A stretch of 64,000 nt of DNA from Octopus vulgaris (lineage: Eukaryota). The notes beneath the pieces are model-generated. The model made no database searches and was not told the DNA's origin. It was given only the letters and a program-made list of their open reading frames with translations. Positions 27,898 through 41,345 of the stretch are shown piece after piece. A program made the translations under genes and the position numbers. The stretch's first letter is position 1; each line of letters opens with the position of its first letter. The DNA is taken from positions 70,680,001 through 70,744,000 of the forward strand of contig OX597819.1 of NCBI GenBank assembly GCA_951406725.2. Reading direction: 5' to 3'.

Positions 27898-29267
27898 TCC
27901 TTAATTCTTTTCTTCTTTTACTTGTTTCAGACATTTCAATGCGGCCATGCCGGAGCATTGCCTTTAGTCGAACTAATCGACCCCAGGACTTATTCTTTGT
28001 AAGCCTAATACTTATTCTATCGGACTCATTTACCGAACCGCTACATTACAGGGACGTAAACACACCAACATAGGTTGTCTAGCGATGGTACGGACAAACA
28101 CAGGCACACAAGTACATACACACATAATACATGCATACATATATACATACACACACACACACACACACATAAAATTACACATATTTATGTGTCTGTATAT
28201 GTATATATATGTGTGTGTGTGTATTAATTATTGGCGACGGAAGCAATATTAACACGGTCCAGTAATCTTTGAATCCAACTCAACATGGATATCTTATCAG
28301 ATCACCGAATGCTGTGCTATTAGCCTTGACAGATCCTCACATACAGGCGCTTGATTCTTGTCTTCTACGATCTATGTGTGTGTGCTTTTATGCACCAAGC
28401 GCCTATTGGAGAAAATGTCTCAAGACTAACAGTGCAGTATTCGGTGTTCCCTGTTAATGGTATTAATGCAGATTCCGTCGCTGATAATCAATTTCCCATA
28501 AACATGTTGGACATTTGCGACATCAGAATCTCAGCAGATGCTGATATTTTACAAATCGTTGCAGCAAGATTTGACTGGAATGCGGTGACCGGACGCCTCC
28601 CACTGATGATTCCCAGTAGAATGAAATCACATGAAATGGGAGTTCCGTCGCCCATGACAGACAATCCTCATCTGCTAAGATATATGTGTGTGCTTTTATG
28701 CACCACCTCTAGCAGCTCCACTTCTATCCGAACAGTTGTTCTGAGCTGATGAAGAGAAATAACCCAGAAATCGTAATATATAGATATATTCTGTGCTGAG
28801 CGGGGATACTAAACTCCCTTGTTCGAAAATATAAGACACAGATAGTGTGTCTTAAGGCCAGCTGGAGACGATGTTTCTTGGGGCAAAATAACAGTAACAT
28901 TCGTCCAAAACCAGGACTGCTATGTTATGTTGGCAAATAATCTTTACTCTAGAGCAGTTCTACTCAAAGTGGTGGTCCGTGAACCGGTGCCAGTCTGCTA
29001 GCCATCAGCGGCGATTTTGTAAAAAAGAAACATTATAAAATGATTATAAAATGCTATTGTATTAGTTGTTTACTAAATAAATACAAGGTAAAAAAAATTG
29101 TTAGCTTTTATAATATTCATTATATATATTGTTTCTGGTATAAATTAATATTACTAATGCTGATATTCTATAAATCGTTGCAACGAGATTTAACTGGAAT
29201 GCTTTAGAGCACTGTTACTGACTGCCTCTCGTTGAGAGATTTACAAATAGAAATTCTCTATTTGATA

Positions 29268-29346
<79 letters not shown>

Positions 29347-29371
29347 ATGTATATATATGTATGTATATATG

Positions 29372-29443
<72 letters not shown>

Positions 29444-29446
<3 letters not shown>

Positions 29447-29816
29447 CTTTTACTTGTTTTAGTCATTTGACTGCAGCCATGCTGGAGCACCACCTTTTAC
29501 TCGAGCAAATCGACCCTTTGCAAACCTAGTACTTATACCATCGGTCGCTTTTTGCTGGACCACTAAGTTACGGGGACATAAACACCAGCATCGGTTGTCA
29601 AGCGATGTTGGGGGGACAAACACAGACACACATAAATATAAACATATACATATATACAACGGGCTTCTTTCAGTTTCCATCTACCAAATCCACTCACAAG
29701 GTTTTGGTCAGCTCGAAGCTATAGTAGAAGACACTTGCCCAAGGTGCCACGCAGTAAGACTAACCCAGAACCATGTGGTTGGTAAGCAAGCTACTTATCA
29801 CACAGCCACTCCTGCG

Positions 29817-29819
<3 letters not shown>
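29444..29819 (-). mobile_element. SINE family B, full length
   Basis: Complete head and tail, inserted within (TA)n. Confidence 0.85.
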
Positions 29820-29910
<91 letters not shown>

Positions 29911-30248
29911 CATATATGCATGTATGAATATTACGCATACTCTTGCGGTTACGTGTTAACCAGAATTTTTATCTATTTATTTATTTATTTATTTTGTTTG
30001 ACACTGTATCTCTGTTTTTAAATTTGTGATCGTACATATGAAATATCAGCTCTCGAAACCCAAGGAGATAATTGTAATTCTTATAGGCCAGGTAGTCAGC
30101 ACAGAGAAATAGAAGAGATAGTATAGAAAAGATAGTATTATTTGACCTTGATAAGCAGATAAAGGCTTTAATAAATACACACTTTCATACAGACACATAT
30201 GAAGAAACGAAACGAATATCCCCGACCATTGGCCTACATGTTTTTCCA

Positions 30249-30295
<47 letters not shown>

Positions 30296-30478
30296 GTTAT
30301 CTTTATTACGTTTTTTTCTTTGCTGTTGTTGGATCGATAGCCTTGAGAAAGCTCTATCTCGTTTGTCAATCCTAAGCAGGTATGATTCATTCATAGCAAT
30401 CTATATGCCATGGGTAACTGTACAGCACTAAGATATATCTTTATTGAAAGCCGGGGGTGGGGATGTTGTGTGTGTGTG

Positions 30479-30528
<50 letters not shown>

Positions 30529-30667
30529 CAGATAGACAGTCAGACAGAGATAGAGAGAGAAGGGAAGGGAAGAGAATGAATGATACGGAAAACGAAAAAC
30601 GAAATAAATTACACAAATGAATGCTAACTCTATGCTTCAGATGTATCATTATTGTTGTGGTTGTTAA

Positions 30668-30880
30668 GGTGGTGTGCTGGCAGAAGCATCAGCACGGCGG
30701 GCAAAATTCTTAGCAACATTTCGTCCGCCTTGACGTTCTGAGTTCAAATTCCGTCGGGGTCGACTTTGACTTTTATCCCCTCGGGGTCGATTAAATAAGT
30801 ACCAGTTACGCACTGGTGTCAATGTCATCGACTTAATCCCTTCCCCCAAATCTGAGACCTTGTGTTTCCAGTAGAAAGAA
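30668..30880 (+). mobile_element. SINE family A
   Basis: GGTGGTGTGCTGGCAGAA head, GAGTTCAAATTCC B box, central domain. Confidence 0.8.
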
Positions 30881-30910
30881 CTTTTATTATTGTTATTATT
30901 ATTATTATTA

Positions 30911-30942
<32 letters not shown>

Positions 30943-31379
30943 GCTGTCAGCCTGTGAAGTCATACAAGTTGGAGCTCCGTAATTTGTGTTTAATCAAATA
31001 TTTCGACTGGTTGCAGCCCGTCCATTCAAAATTTTATTTAATTAGTGTTTTGCTTGCATTGTCTTGAGCGTGGTGACAACATTTTGTGTAACTGCACCCC
31101 TTTTTTGGGTGGGGGTGTAATAATTGTCTTGTATATTTTGCATTTTTGTGAAAACAAGATTTTATTCATTTTTTCCAATTTGAAAAAAAATGATAGATTA
31201 CGAAAAGATAATAAAGATTGACCAAGAGCAGCGTTCTGTTATATCTCCGAACACAAACGCAGCCGAATGTGAAATTCATTTCTCGCCAAAGAGAAATTTC
31301 CTCTTATTGCTGTGACGACAGTAACAAGTGCAAAAGTACTAGCAACAACGATAATGACAACGACTACAGAAATGACGAT

Positions 31380-34300
31380 GACTACTATTTTGTCAGTGGA
31401 TGACTTGAAAAATAAGGCACTGAAATATAAGAGCGACCTTATGAAACCAGGTGTTATGTATCTTAGTGAGGAGGAGAAAATGCCTCTGAAAGATAAACAA
31501 TTGTTTATAAACGTATTTTTCGCAAGGAGAGGAAACTTAAATTGCCCACTCCGGCAGAGACCGAAAAATGCCTGGAAGTTGTGTGGTCCTTAGTGCTACA
31601 CACACAGAAAGGTAAACACCATGGGATAGTTGCTGCTATGTGCAGCAGTGAGCAAAAAGCCAAAAGAATGGCTGCTATAACTTACATGCCCCAGGCTTTT
31701 GTAATGATTCCCCATTATATAAGTAAAAAGTTGACTCGAATTTGAGTTAAAAACATGCCGGGTCACTGTGATCCGGCGAGTATTTTAGCTATTCTGAAGG
31801 AACATGGGGAGATTGTGGAGGTGAAATTCACCCCACAACTCAACAGGACTGGAATTCTTATGGAATTCCAGATACTAGTTTTTCCAGAGGAAATAAATTG
31901 CATTCCCGATTTTTTCTGTTTCGGGGAATGCGAATAGATGCCAGTTTCTATAGAAGGTAAAAGACAGAAGTGTTTTGTCTGTGGGAATTCGAACTACATC
32001 AAAGATTTTTGCCCTGCGGTGGAGAAATCACGAAGCTCTCCACTGTTACTACCAACTCGTCACGATGGGGATAAAACTATTGCCTCGAATCTGCTTCCTT
32101 CCTCCGACTCAGGCCTCGCAAAAAGCAATGTCCTCATTGACATCGCACCAAAAGGCCTTTGTCGGAAAAATTGAATATGAAACAGACCGGTCCAAATTGA
32201 AGGCCGTAAGACATAGCGATAAAAAAACAAAATCCGCCACAATAATTTAAAAAACAATTCAACACCAACATCAACATATTCATTACAAGACAACCCATTT
32301 TCACAAACACATTCACAACCACAAAAAACACAAAAACAAAGAGTAACACCTGAAAAACAAAATGACCAATAGTCACACTCTCGGGTAATGGCTTCCTTCA
32401 GCAACTTTACTGTTGTTCAGAAGAGCAACATTGAATTATTTGAGAAAGTTATTAATAACAAAACATTACAAGTAGAGAAGGTTTTGAGAAACTCTTCCCG
32501 AAAACTCCACCGGATAGGATGTTAATCCAAACAGATACGGATACGTATCTTGATTTGGAATAGAAATTCCCCCAGGGCATTGGAGGGTTTAGTAAGCACC
32601 CCTCAAAAAGCTTTCTAGAAAAACCTTTCCCGACTCACCCTTCGACCAAAAAGAAGACTGTGTCAACAGTCATCCCTGAAGACCAAGGTACGTAACTCTA
32701 TTTTCTTTCCTCTAATTTAAATGGCTACACTTAGAGTTGGGTGTGCTCGGGGCTTGGGTTCGGCTTGGAAGTAGGGTCACCTGCTCAACGATCTCAGGTT
32801 CTTAAATTTAGAGGTGACAGCAATTAGTGAGACGAGAATTGCCGGGAAACAAGCTCTTGCATCCATTTTCGAAGACTACAAGCATTCTCGTCTTGTCTGT
32901 CGGGAACGGGTGGCGGTGTTGCAGTATTATTCAGAAAATCCTTAGGTCTCAAAGTAGGGGCAATATTCTTGGACCCAAACAGTAGGCTGGTGATGCTAAA
33001 TGTGAATGGCAGTGAAAATTGTACCTTTAGATTGGCCTCCCAACCTTTGTCAGCTCCGACAAGGGCTGGAAGGCCAGATTTCTTCAGGCGTCTAGAAACA
33101 TTCTTGGGAACGTCTCAACACTTTAGTACTAGTGGGAGACTGGAATAGTATTTTGGAAGCACGGAAGGACTGTGTGGGTTTTGTACATAGAAGAAGTGGG
33201 TATAAAAGCCTCGAAAACCTGCTCAGAAATTTCCACCTGTCTAACTGGATTTCCCTGATGTGCCAGTGTGGCCAAGGACAAATCACAATGGATCATCCAG
33301 ATCGTATCTAGATAGAGTGTTTGTTAGGTCAGCGGATAAGGATAACATAAGGTGTCTACCATTCAAATTGGTCGGCTACACAGACCACAAATTTGTGATC
33401 TGCACAGTCGATTTAGATAGGACGCGTAGACAGGGCCCCAGTTATTGGAAGGTGAACACGACCTTTCTGGGGCGCAAAGACTACAGGGACCGGATTAGCA
33501 ATCTAGTTAAGCAACAGTTGACGGGGGCAATCGTTAACAACTGGTAGTGGATAACCCTGAAGAGGGCGATTAGAACAGAATCGATAGAGTTTAGCAAAGA
33601 ATTAGCAATAGAAAGAAACAGATAAGAGGGAAAACTAGCTAGCAAACTAGAGGAGGCGATTTGTAAAGGGATCGCGACTGACGTGTTAGCGGTGAGAATG
33701 ACTCTTGACCATTTCTTTGAGGTGAAACACGAAGGTTGTGTTGTCAGAGCTAGGCCTGTGCGCTAAAACTTGAGGGAACTAAAGCCGTCCGATGGGCTCC
33801 AGCCGTGGAGACGGGACATGGAAACAGAACCACGATCAGGATTTTGACGGATCGGGACGGACGCGTGCTACATGGTTCTGAGCAGATGTGTGGATTGAAA
33901 AGAATCCCAACTGGTATCCAGATGAAGTTCGGGATGAACGTTCACAAGCACTACTGGAATTTCTTGAATCTTGTCAGACAGGCATTAGAGAAAGCCTTAA
34001 AACAAATAGACAGAAGTCCTGGACTAACCTCACAAATTCCCAACGTTGCGCACTCCGACGTCAGCCACTAAGGGACATGCTTAACTGGTTAAGGTCAAGC
34101 AACTGACAAGCAAATCTGTGGTATTGAGCAGAATATTTACTGTAGCCCATCTTTTATACTAAATTAAAACAATGTATATGATAAGAATTCCAATCAGTTA
34201 AGATCAAAGGCCATGAGGGTCACTGCCTGATATTGCATCAGGGCAGGTCCCAGGCGCCCAGGTTCAGTCTTTCCTTCAATTATTATCGTTACTATTGTGA

Positions 34301-34936
34301 AGCACATCTTTCCGCAGTTCGTCTCTTTGACGGAGCAGTAGTCTTGGTTCAAGGAAATACTGAAACTGGGTGTCTGGCACCTAGAGTATCGTCAGGCGTT
34401 CACAACCCTCTATGAATCGGACAATGGGACCGATGAGCGTTTCACTTTAATTAGTGGCGGGGAAGTGCGATGATGCGCTCAGGGAGATTCCGGGAGTCGA
34501 CGAAAAACGAAGAAGCTAGTCTCTTCCAGAGGATTTTCCAGCCAAGGACTATCATTGATAATTTCCATATGTTCTTGGCTTGAAAGTGCTACCGGTGGTG
34601 GTGGGGGTGGTGCAACCGATTCGAGATAGACTTCACAGGCACGAATGTGCTGTCAGACCGGATTATCCAAGGTGCAGGCAGATCGACGAAACCGTTCTGC
34701 ACGAACTAGTTCAGTGTCCGAGCATTGTCCTGCCACCCTCCTTTAATCGGGTAGACGACGCAGTTTTCCTTTGCCTGGTGGTGGCGGCGAAAGAAGTTGT
34801 GTAGTGAACGAGGTTGAAAGGCATGAGAACAGATACATTCCTCTTTGGTAGATAACTCATCGACTTCTTCAAGTTTTACTTGAAAAAGAAAGTGAGGGCG
34901 GAGTTGGAGGTGCTGTTCTCGAATAAATTTATTGAA
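31380..34936 (+). mobile_element. Decayed L1/Tx1-type LINE lacking most of RT
   Basis: ORF1 with a degenerate zinc knuckle (CFVCGNSNYIKDFC). ORF2 from ATG 32721 has APE motifs (ARGL, ISET, LVGDWN, SYLDRVF, TDH, GPSYWK). The C-terminal Cys-rich remnant RDRLHRH..PRC..DETVLH..VQCP lies near 34620-34720. Confidence 0.85.
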
Positions 34937-34939
34937 AGT

Positions 34940-35024
34940 TGTGGTTGCTGCGGTTGTTGTTGTTGTTGTTGTTGTTGTTGCTGTTGCTGTTGTTGTTGGT
35001 GGTGTTGTTGTTGGTGTTGTTGTA

Positions 35025-35085
<61 letters not shown>

Positions 35086-35132
35086 TTCTTCTTCTTCTTC
35101 TTCTTCTTCTTCTTCTTCTTCTTCTTCTTCTT
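34940..35132. repeat. Compound (TTG)n(CAT)n(CTT)n microsatellite
   Basis: Direct inspection. Confidence 0.95.
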
Positions 35133-35684
35133 TTTCTCCCCACCTCTCTTTCTCTCTCTCTCCATCAATCTATATCCTTCTCATTAAAAACAAAAGTTAA
35201 AAAAATGAATGCACAGCACCATCTTTGAATCTTTGAGTTCTCAGAATATTTCCGACCATTCTGCACCCCAGGACCTGAAAATAGCATTGTTCACCGCTTT
35301 GCAAAAAAATCTCGCTCGTTGGCCTCAGTTCACATGACTATTGTGACAGAGATTGATGACCGTATAAAAATTACTTTATCAATTCAAGCCGTTGTCATTC
35401 ATATCTCGAGTAATTCACTCAGACATTAGTCAGAGAACGTCTTACTTTCGTGTCTATTAGCCAACCGCGCATGCGCTGATAGTCAAATCGGAGGTTTGTC
35501 TGACATTAGCAGTAAATAATTTCATAGACAGCGTTTAGCTAACGCAGACGGTTGAGTCATGTTTACTTTGTCATTATTACATTCTTTTAATCTTATCCGT
35601 TTTGTCTCAGTCACGGTTACGACGGTATCTGGATACGTAATATGCTGGAATTTAAATACACGCAATAACCCTTCCGCTCACATA

Positions 35685-35947
35685 CAGTGATACCTCGCAG
35701 TACGAGTTTAATTCGTTCCATTAGTGATCTCGTTTTACGATTTGCTCGTTTTACAAAACAATTTTTCCTATTGAAATTAACTGGCTGTGTGGTAATAAGC
35801 TTGCTTCCCGACCACATGGTTCCAGGTTCAGTCCCACTGCGTGGAACCTTGGGCAAGTGTCTCCTACTATAACCTCGGGCCGACCAAAGCCTTGTGAGTG
35901 AATTTGGTAGATGGAAACTGAAAGAAGCCCGTCGTATATATATATAT

Positions 35948-36031
<84 letters not shown>

Positions 36032-36752
36032 TTGTGTGTCTGTGTTTGTCCTCCTAACATCGCTTGACAACCGATGCTGGTGTGTTTACGTCCCCGTAAC
36101 TTAGCGGTTCGGCAAAAGAGACCAATAGAATAAGTACTAGGCTTACAAATAATAAGTCCTGGGATCGATTTGCTCGATCGACTAAAGGCGGTGCTCTAGC
36201 ATGGCCACAGTCAAATGACTGAAACAAGTAAAGGAGTAAAAGAGAGTAAGAGTATATGTGTGTGTGTGTTTGTGTGTCTGTGTTTGTCCCTCTACCAGTG
36301 CTTGACAACCGATGTTGGTGTAGTTACGTCACCGCAGGTTAGCGGTTTGGCAAAAGAGACCGATAGGATAAGTACTAGGCTTACAAAGAAAAGTCTTGGG
36401 CTAGATTTGTTCGTCTAAAGGTGGTGCTCCAGCATGCTACAGTCAAATGACTGAAACCAATAAAAGAATGAAAGAATCCCCCCCCCCCACCAAAAAAAAA
36501 CTACTCAAAAATATTTATGGGTTTTAAAATGGAAACGGTGCAGTTACAAGTAAAATGACAATTATGAAAAAAGAGAATGCAAAAGAAATATGTAAACTGG
36601 TTTTATTAACTGAATTACCTTTAAAGATGGGATGATGTGTGTGCTCGTACTGAGGATTTCCACTCGTACTTAAAGACAAAAATTCGCACGAGTCTCAGCT
36701 CGTACAGCAAATTACTTGTATAATGGGGCACTCGTACTACGAGATTTTACTA
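35685..36752. mobile_element. Tigger/pogo-like MITE interrupted by a SINE
   Basis: TA|CAGTGATACCTCGCAGTACGAGT ... ACTCGTACTACGAGATTTTACTA|TA with repeated CTCGTAC subterminal motifs. Confidence 0.7.
35783..36475 (+). mobile_element. SINE family B with duplicated tail
   Basis: Tail module present twice (about 36030-36250 and 36268-36475). Confidence 0.85.
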
Positions 36753-37062
36753 TATGTATTTATATGTATGTAACATACGGTATAATTATAAACGAGGCAA
36801 ATTTTAACCATTTCTTCGAAGACAAAAAAAATATGAACAACCGTAATCGACTTTCGAACCTTATTGGATTCTCATCAGAGGCGTCTATATCATTCTGACA
36901 GTATCCAGAAACGCAAGCAGCCACACTTTTTATATATTCGACAAATGCAGCAGTTATTCTATGAAGGAGTCCCTAATTTGCATACCGAAAGTGTTTAACA
37001 TTCTATAAATACCAGCGACCTGTCAACGGGGATCTTAGTTTACGCAGTATCAAGGTATGATA

Positions 37063-37426
37063 TCTCTCTATATTTAAACGGCAAAATGTCTGTGTATGTG
37101 TCCTTTATACAAATCCACAATTTTTCAGTTAGAGGGCTCGCAATTTCTATGGTCATTAAAAACCGTCCAAGGGTGGTCGTGCACATCTTTACATTTGCCC
37201 AGTCATCCCGCAAAGCCATTAAAAAATCAATAGAAGTGACTTTTTTCTGAAATTTCTATCCCAAACCCAATCAAAATGCCCGAAACTTGATACGCCAATT
37301 GAATGCCAGCTAGCTGTATGTGATTGGTCGGAGATTTGGACAGTACTTGCGTGTATGTGCACACGCACGCAGCTGTATATGCATGCACTAGCATTATGAC
37401 CCGGCGTTGCTGTGTCATAGTGTTAG
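37063..37426 (+). mobile_element. Non-autonomous Helitron
   Basis: A|TCTCTCTATAT start, 3' hairpin TATGACCCGGC-GTT-GCTGTGTCATA, end TTAG|T (CTAG with one change). Confidence 0.65.
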
Positions 37427-37754
37427 TTATATATATGTGGCATACGGTATAATTAGAAACAGGGCAAACTTACAAAACAAGAGATTTTGCCTGTTTCTCA
37501 TACAATCATACCTACCCACCTAGCTACCTTAACTTGTACTTCGTCGGTTGCGACAACGAGGGTTGCAGTTGATCCGATCACCAGGACAACCTGCTTGTGA
37601 AATTAACGTGCCAATGGCTGAGCACTCCACAGACACGCGCCTTCACTTACCTACCTATCTACTCACCTACCTACCGATTTACCTAGCTAGCTACCTGCCT
37701 ACCTACCTACATACATAATATAAATAATACACACACACACACATATATATATAG

Positions 37755-37803
<49 letters not shown>

Positions 37804-37868
37804 CATACATACATATATACATACATACATACATACATACATACATACATACATACATACACATACAC

Positions 37869-37899
<31 letters not shown>

Positions 37900-37904
37900 T
37901 GTAT

Positions 37905-38173
37905 ACATTACGGAGATGTACTTGCATTGCAAATGACCTGATCTGAGATCGTGTACTGAAACAAAATTAGTTGCAGCGTGGAAGGTGTTTATAAGCCATT
38001 TATAAACACACAAAAAACGTTATATTCACTTCAACATTTAAATTTAATTTGCCAAAATATTTTCGTAGCTTAGAGACCGCGACCTATTCACTGATAAAAT
38101 TTCGTGCTGCTGAAATGCAGCATGCAATTTTGTCGTGTTTTTAAATGGCTTATAAACACCTTTCACGCTGCAA
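37905..38173 (-). mobile_element. pLTR-like element with inverted arms and a variant HHR
   Basis: 39-bp inverted arms 37971-38009 / 38135-38173; HHR-like fold on the minus strand at 38047-38099. Confidence 0.5.
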
Positions 38174-38882
38174 TATGGGAACAGGACATCACCAACTGTA
38201 AACAACATGAAATACGAAAAAAAATTAGTTCAATACGCAAACAACGAGAGAAACAAATGGAAAACAGGACAAGTAGCATAAAGAATGACCCCTCATCAGT
38301 TATCGGTTGCTTACCTACTCCTCATTTCGAGCACTGAACGATAATATGAGTCTTCGAAGACAGTTGCTCCCATAAGTACCAAAATAAAATTGGGGATTTA
38401 TGGAGGATCAAAGTTGGGAAGAAAAACAAGACAGTGGAGACATACAAGGAAACCGAGCGAAAACGGAGGGTCGTTAGACCAAAACGAGGGTAAAATAGCG
38501 AGATCTGGAGAAATATTTTCTTTGACAAGAGAATAGATAGAAGAGAGAGATAGGATACATCCAGTCCTTAGGACAGTCCTAAAAGAAAAGAAAGATGATC
38601 ATGTGAGGAAAAGAAAGCTGGACGATGGTCACGTTTGAGCAACGAGAGAGCGAGAGAGAGGGAAAAAGGAGAAAGAGCGAGCGAGAGAGAGAGAGAGGGA
38701 GAGAGAGAGATTGAAAACGGTGAGTGAGGAGAAAAAGGGTATTAGAGAAAAGGATGAGAGAAAACGACGAGGGAGAAAACAGTATAGAGTAGTCGCATCA
38801 AAAAAAGATTAAGATAAACTTTCTTGGAAATGGATGCGTGGCGTTCAATCAAATAATAATATAAATAATATATATATATATA

Positions 38883-41294
38883 TACATTATATAAAAGGGC
38901 TTAGTAAAATAAATTACTTTGCCGCATACTGAACTCATTAGAAATAGCAGCTAAAAAACTTTTTTAAAACTATTTCTAATACTTAAAGAAAACCTCTCTC
39001 ATATAGTGCTTGCTCGACTCAACTCACGAAAGTTTGGGGGTAAAGACATCAAAAAATCAAATGCAAAGGTTATTTGAGAACGTACGTTTCAAGATTAGTC
39101 AACACGACACTTCTATCATCAGCTCAGAAACTCCTTGGTTTGGATTTGAAAACACTGAAAGTGAGAGCATACCCTTTCGGCTTCTCATCGCTTTCGAAGA
39201 TCTGCTCGTAACTAACAGTGCCAACAAACTCAAATATGCAAGCGAAGAATTTCTGTTCTCCCTTTCCACCAGCGTGGGTTAAAATCAGCAAACACCATGC
39301 TTATTTCGGTAAAATCCGAAGCATTAATTAGAGGGAGATTAATTATAATTTCAACAATTGAGGGTAAAATTAATTAATTATTAATCAATTTCACCAAGTG
39401 TTCAGTATGCAAAGGGACCATTTAAGGCGAATTCAAATTATTACATTATATAAAAGGGCTTAGTAAAATAAATTACTTTGCCGCATACTGAACTCATTAG
39501 AAATAGCAGCTAAAAAACTTTTTAAAACTATTTCTAATACTTAAAGAAAACCTCTCTCATATAGTGCTTGGTGAAATTGATTAATAATTAATTAATTTTA
39601 CCCTCAATTGTTGAAATTATAATTAATCTCCCTCTAATTAATGCTTCGGATTTTACCGAAATAAGCATGGTGTTTGCTGATTTTAACCCACGCTGGTGGA
39701 AAGGGGAGAACAGAAATTCTTCGCTTGCATATTTGAGTTTGTTGGCACTGTTAGTTACGAGCAGATCTTCGAAAGCGATGAGAAGCCGAAAGGGTATGCT
39801 CTCACTTTCAGTGTTTTCAAATCCAAACCAAGGAGTTTCTGAGCTGATGATAGAAGTGTCGTGTTGACTAATCTTGAAACGTACGTTCTCAAATAACCTT
39901 TGCATTTGATTTTTTGATGTCTTTACCCCCAAACTTTCGTGAGTTGAGTCGAGCAAGCACTATATGAGAGAGGTTTTCTTTAAGTATTAGAAATAGTTTT
40001 AAAAAAGTTTTTTAGCTGCTATTTCTAATGAGTTCAGTATGCGGCAAAGTAATTTATTTTACTAAGCCCTTTTATATAATGTAATAATTTGAATTCGCCT
40101 TAAATGGTCCCTTTGCATACTGAACACTTGGTGAAATTGATTAATAATTAATTAATTTTACCCTCAATTGTTGAAATTATAATTAATCTCCCTCTAATTA
40201 ATGCTTCGGATTTTACCGAAATAAGCATGGTGTTTGCTGATTTTAACCCACGCTGGTGGAAAGGGGAGAACAGAAATTCTTCGCTTGCATATTTGAGTTT
40301 GTTGGCACTGTTAGTTACGAGCAGATCTTCGAAAGCGATGAGAAGCCGAAAGGGTATGCTCTCACTTTCAGTGTTTTCAAATCCAAACCAAGGAGTTTCT
40401 GAGCTGATGATAGAAGTGTCGTGTTGACTAATCTTGAAACGTACGTTCTCAAATAACCTTTGCATTTGATTTTTTGATGTCTTTACCCCCAAACTTTCGT
40501 GAGTTGAGTCGAGCAAGCACTATATGAGAGAGGTTTTCTTTAAGTATTAGAAATAGTTTTAAAAAAGTTTTTTAGCTGCTATTTCTAATGAGTTCAGTAT
40601 GCGGCAAAGTAATTTATTTTACTAAGCCCTTTTATATAATGTAATAATTTGAATTCGCCTTAAATGGTCCCTTTGCATACTGAACACTTGGTGAAATTGA
40701 TTAATAATTAATTAATTTTACCCTCAATTGTTGAAATTATAATTAATCTCCCTCTAATTAATGCTTCGGATTTTACCGAAATAAGCATGGTGTTTGCTGA
40801 TTTTAACCCACGCTGGTGGAAAGGGGAGAACAGAAATTCTTCGCTTGCATATTTGAGTTTGTTGGCACTGTTAGTTACGAGCAGATCTTCGAAAGCGATG
40901 AGAAGCCGAAAGGGTATGCTCTCACTTTCAGTGTTTTCAAATCCAAACCAAGGAGTTTCTGAGCTGATGATAGAAGTGTCGTGTTGACTAATCTTGAAAC
41001 GTACGTTCTCAAATAACCTTTGCATTTGATTTTTTGATGTCTTTACCCCCAAACTTTCGTGAGTTGAGTCGAGCAAGCACTATATGAGAGAGGTTTTCTT
41101 TAAGTATTAGAAATAGTTTTAAAAAAGTTTTTTAGCTGCTATTTCTAATGAGTTCAGTATGCGGCAAAGTAATTTATTTTACTAAGCCCTTTTTATATAA
41201 TGTAATAATTTGAATTCGCCTTAAATGGTCCCTTTGCATACTGAACACTTGGTGAAATTGATTAATAATTAATTAATTTTACCCTCAATTGTTG

Positions 41295-41302
<8 letters not shown>
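38883..41302. repeat. 560-bp tandem array (about 1.2 units inverted plus about 3.1 units direct), retrozyme/Penelope-like
   Basis: Period 560 (39567, 40127, 40687, 41248). Copies differ only in homopolymer lengths. Orientation switches at the CTTG microhomology 39567-39570. Both flanks are (TA)n. Confidence 0.95.
39830..39900 (+). ncRNA. Type I hammerhead ribozyme-like motif (also 40390-40460 and 40950-41020 on +, 39066-39136 on -)
   Basis: AAGGAGTTTCTGAG-CTGATGA-[tAGAagtGTC gtgtt GACtaaTCTt]-GAAA-CGTACG-TT-CTCAAATAACCTT: intact core, palindromic stem III, extended bulged stem I. Confidence 0.65.

Positions 41303-41345
<43 letters not shown>

Noticed and set aside
28270-28780. 132-aa ORF, a weak minus-strand zinc-knuckle-like pattern and a CTGATGA..GAAA motif
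   Set aside because: No convincing domain; stems of the HHR-like motif do not pair well.
39588-41076. 122-aa ORF repeated in each 560-bp unit
   Set aside because: TTG start, no recognisable domain, antisense to the HHR strand, and frameshifted in one copy; identity reflects recent duplication only.
38883-41302. NUMT, rDNA or telomeric origin of the array
   Set aside because: No recognisable rRNA, mitochondrial gene or TTAGGG motifs.
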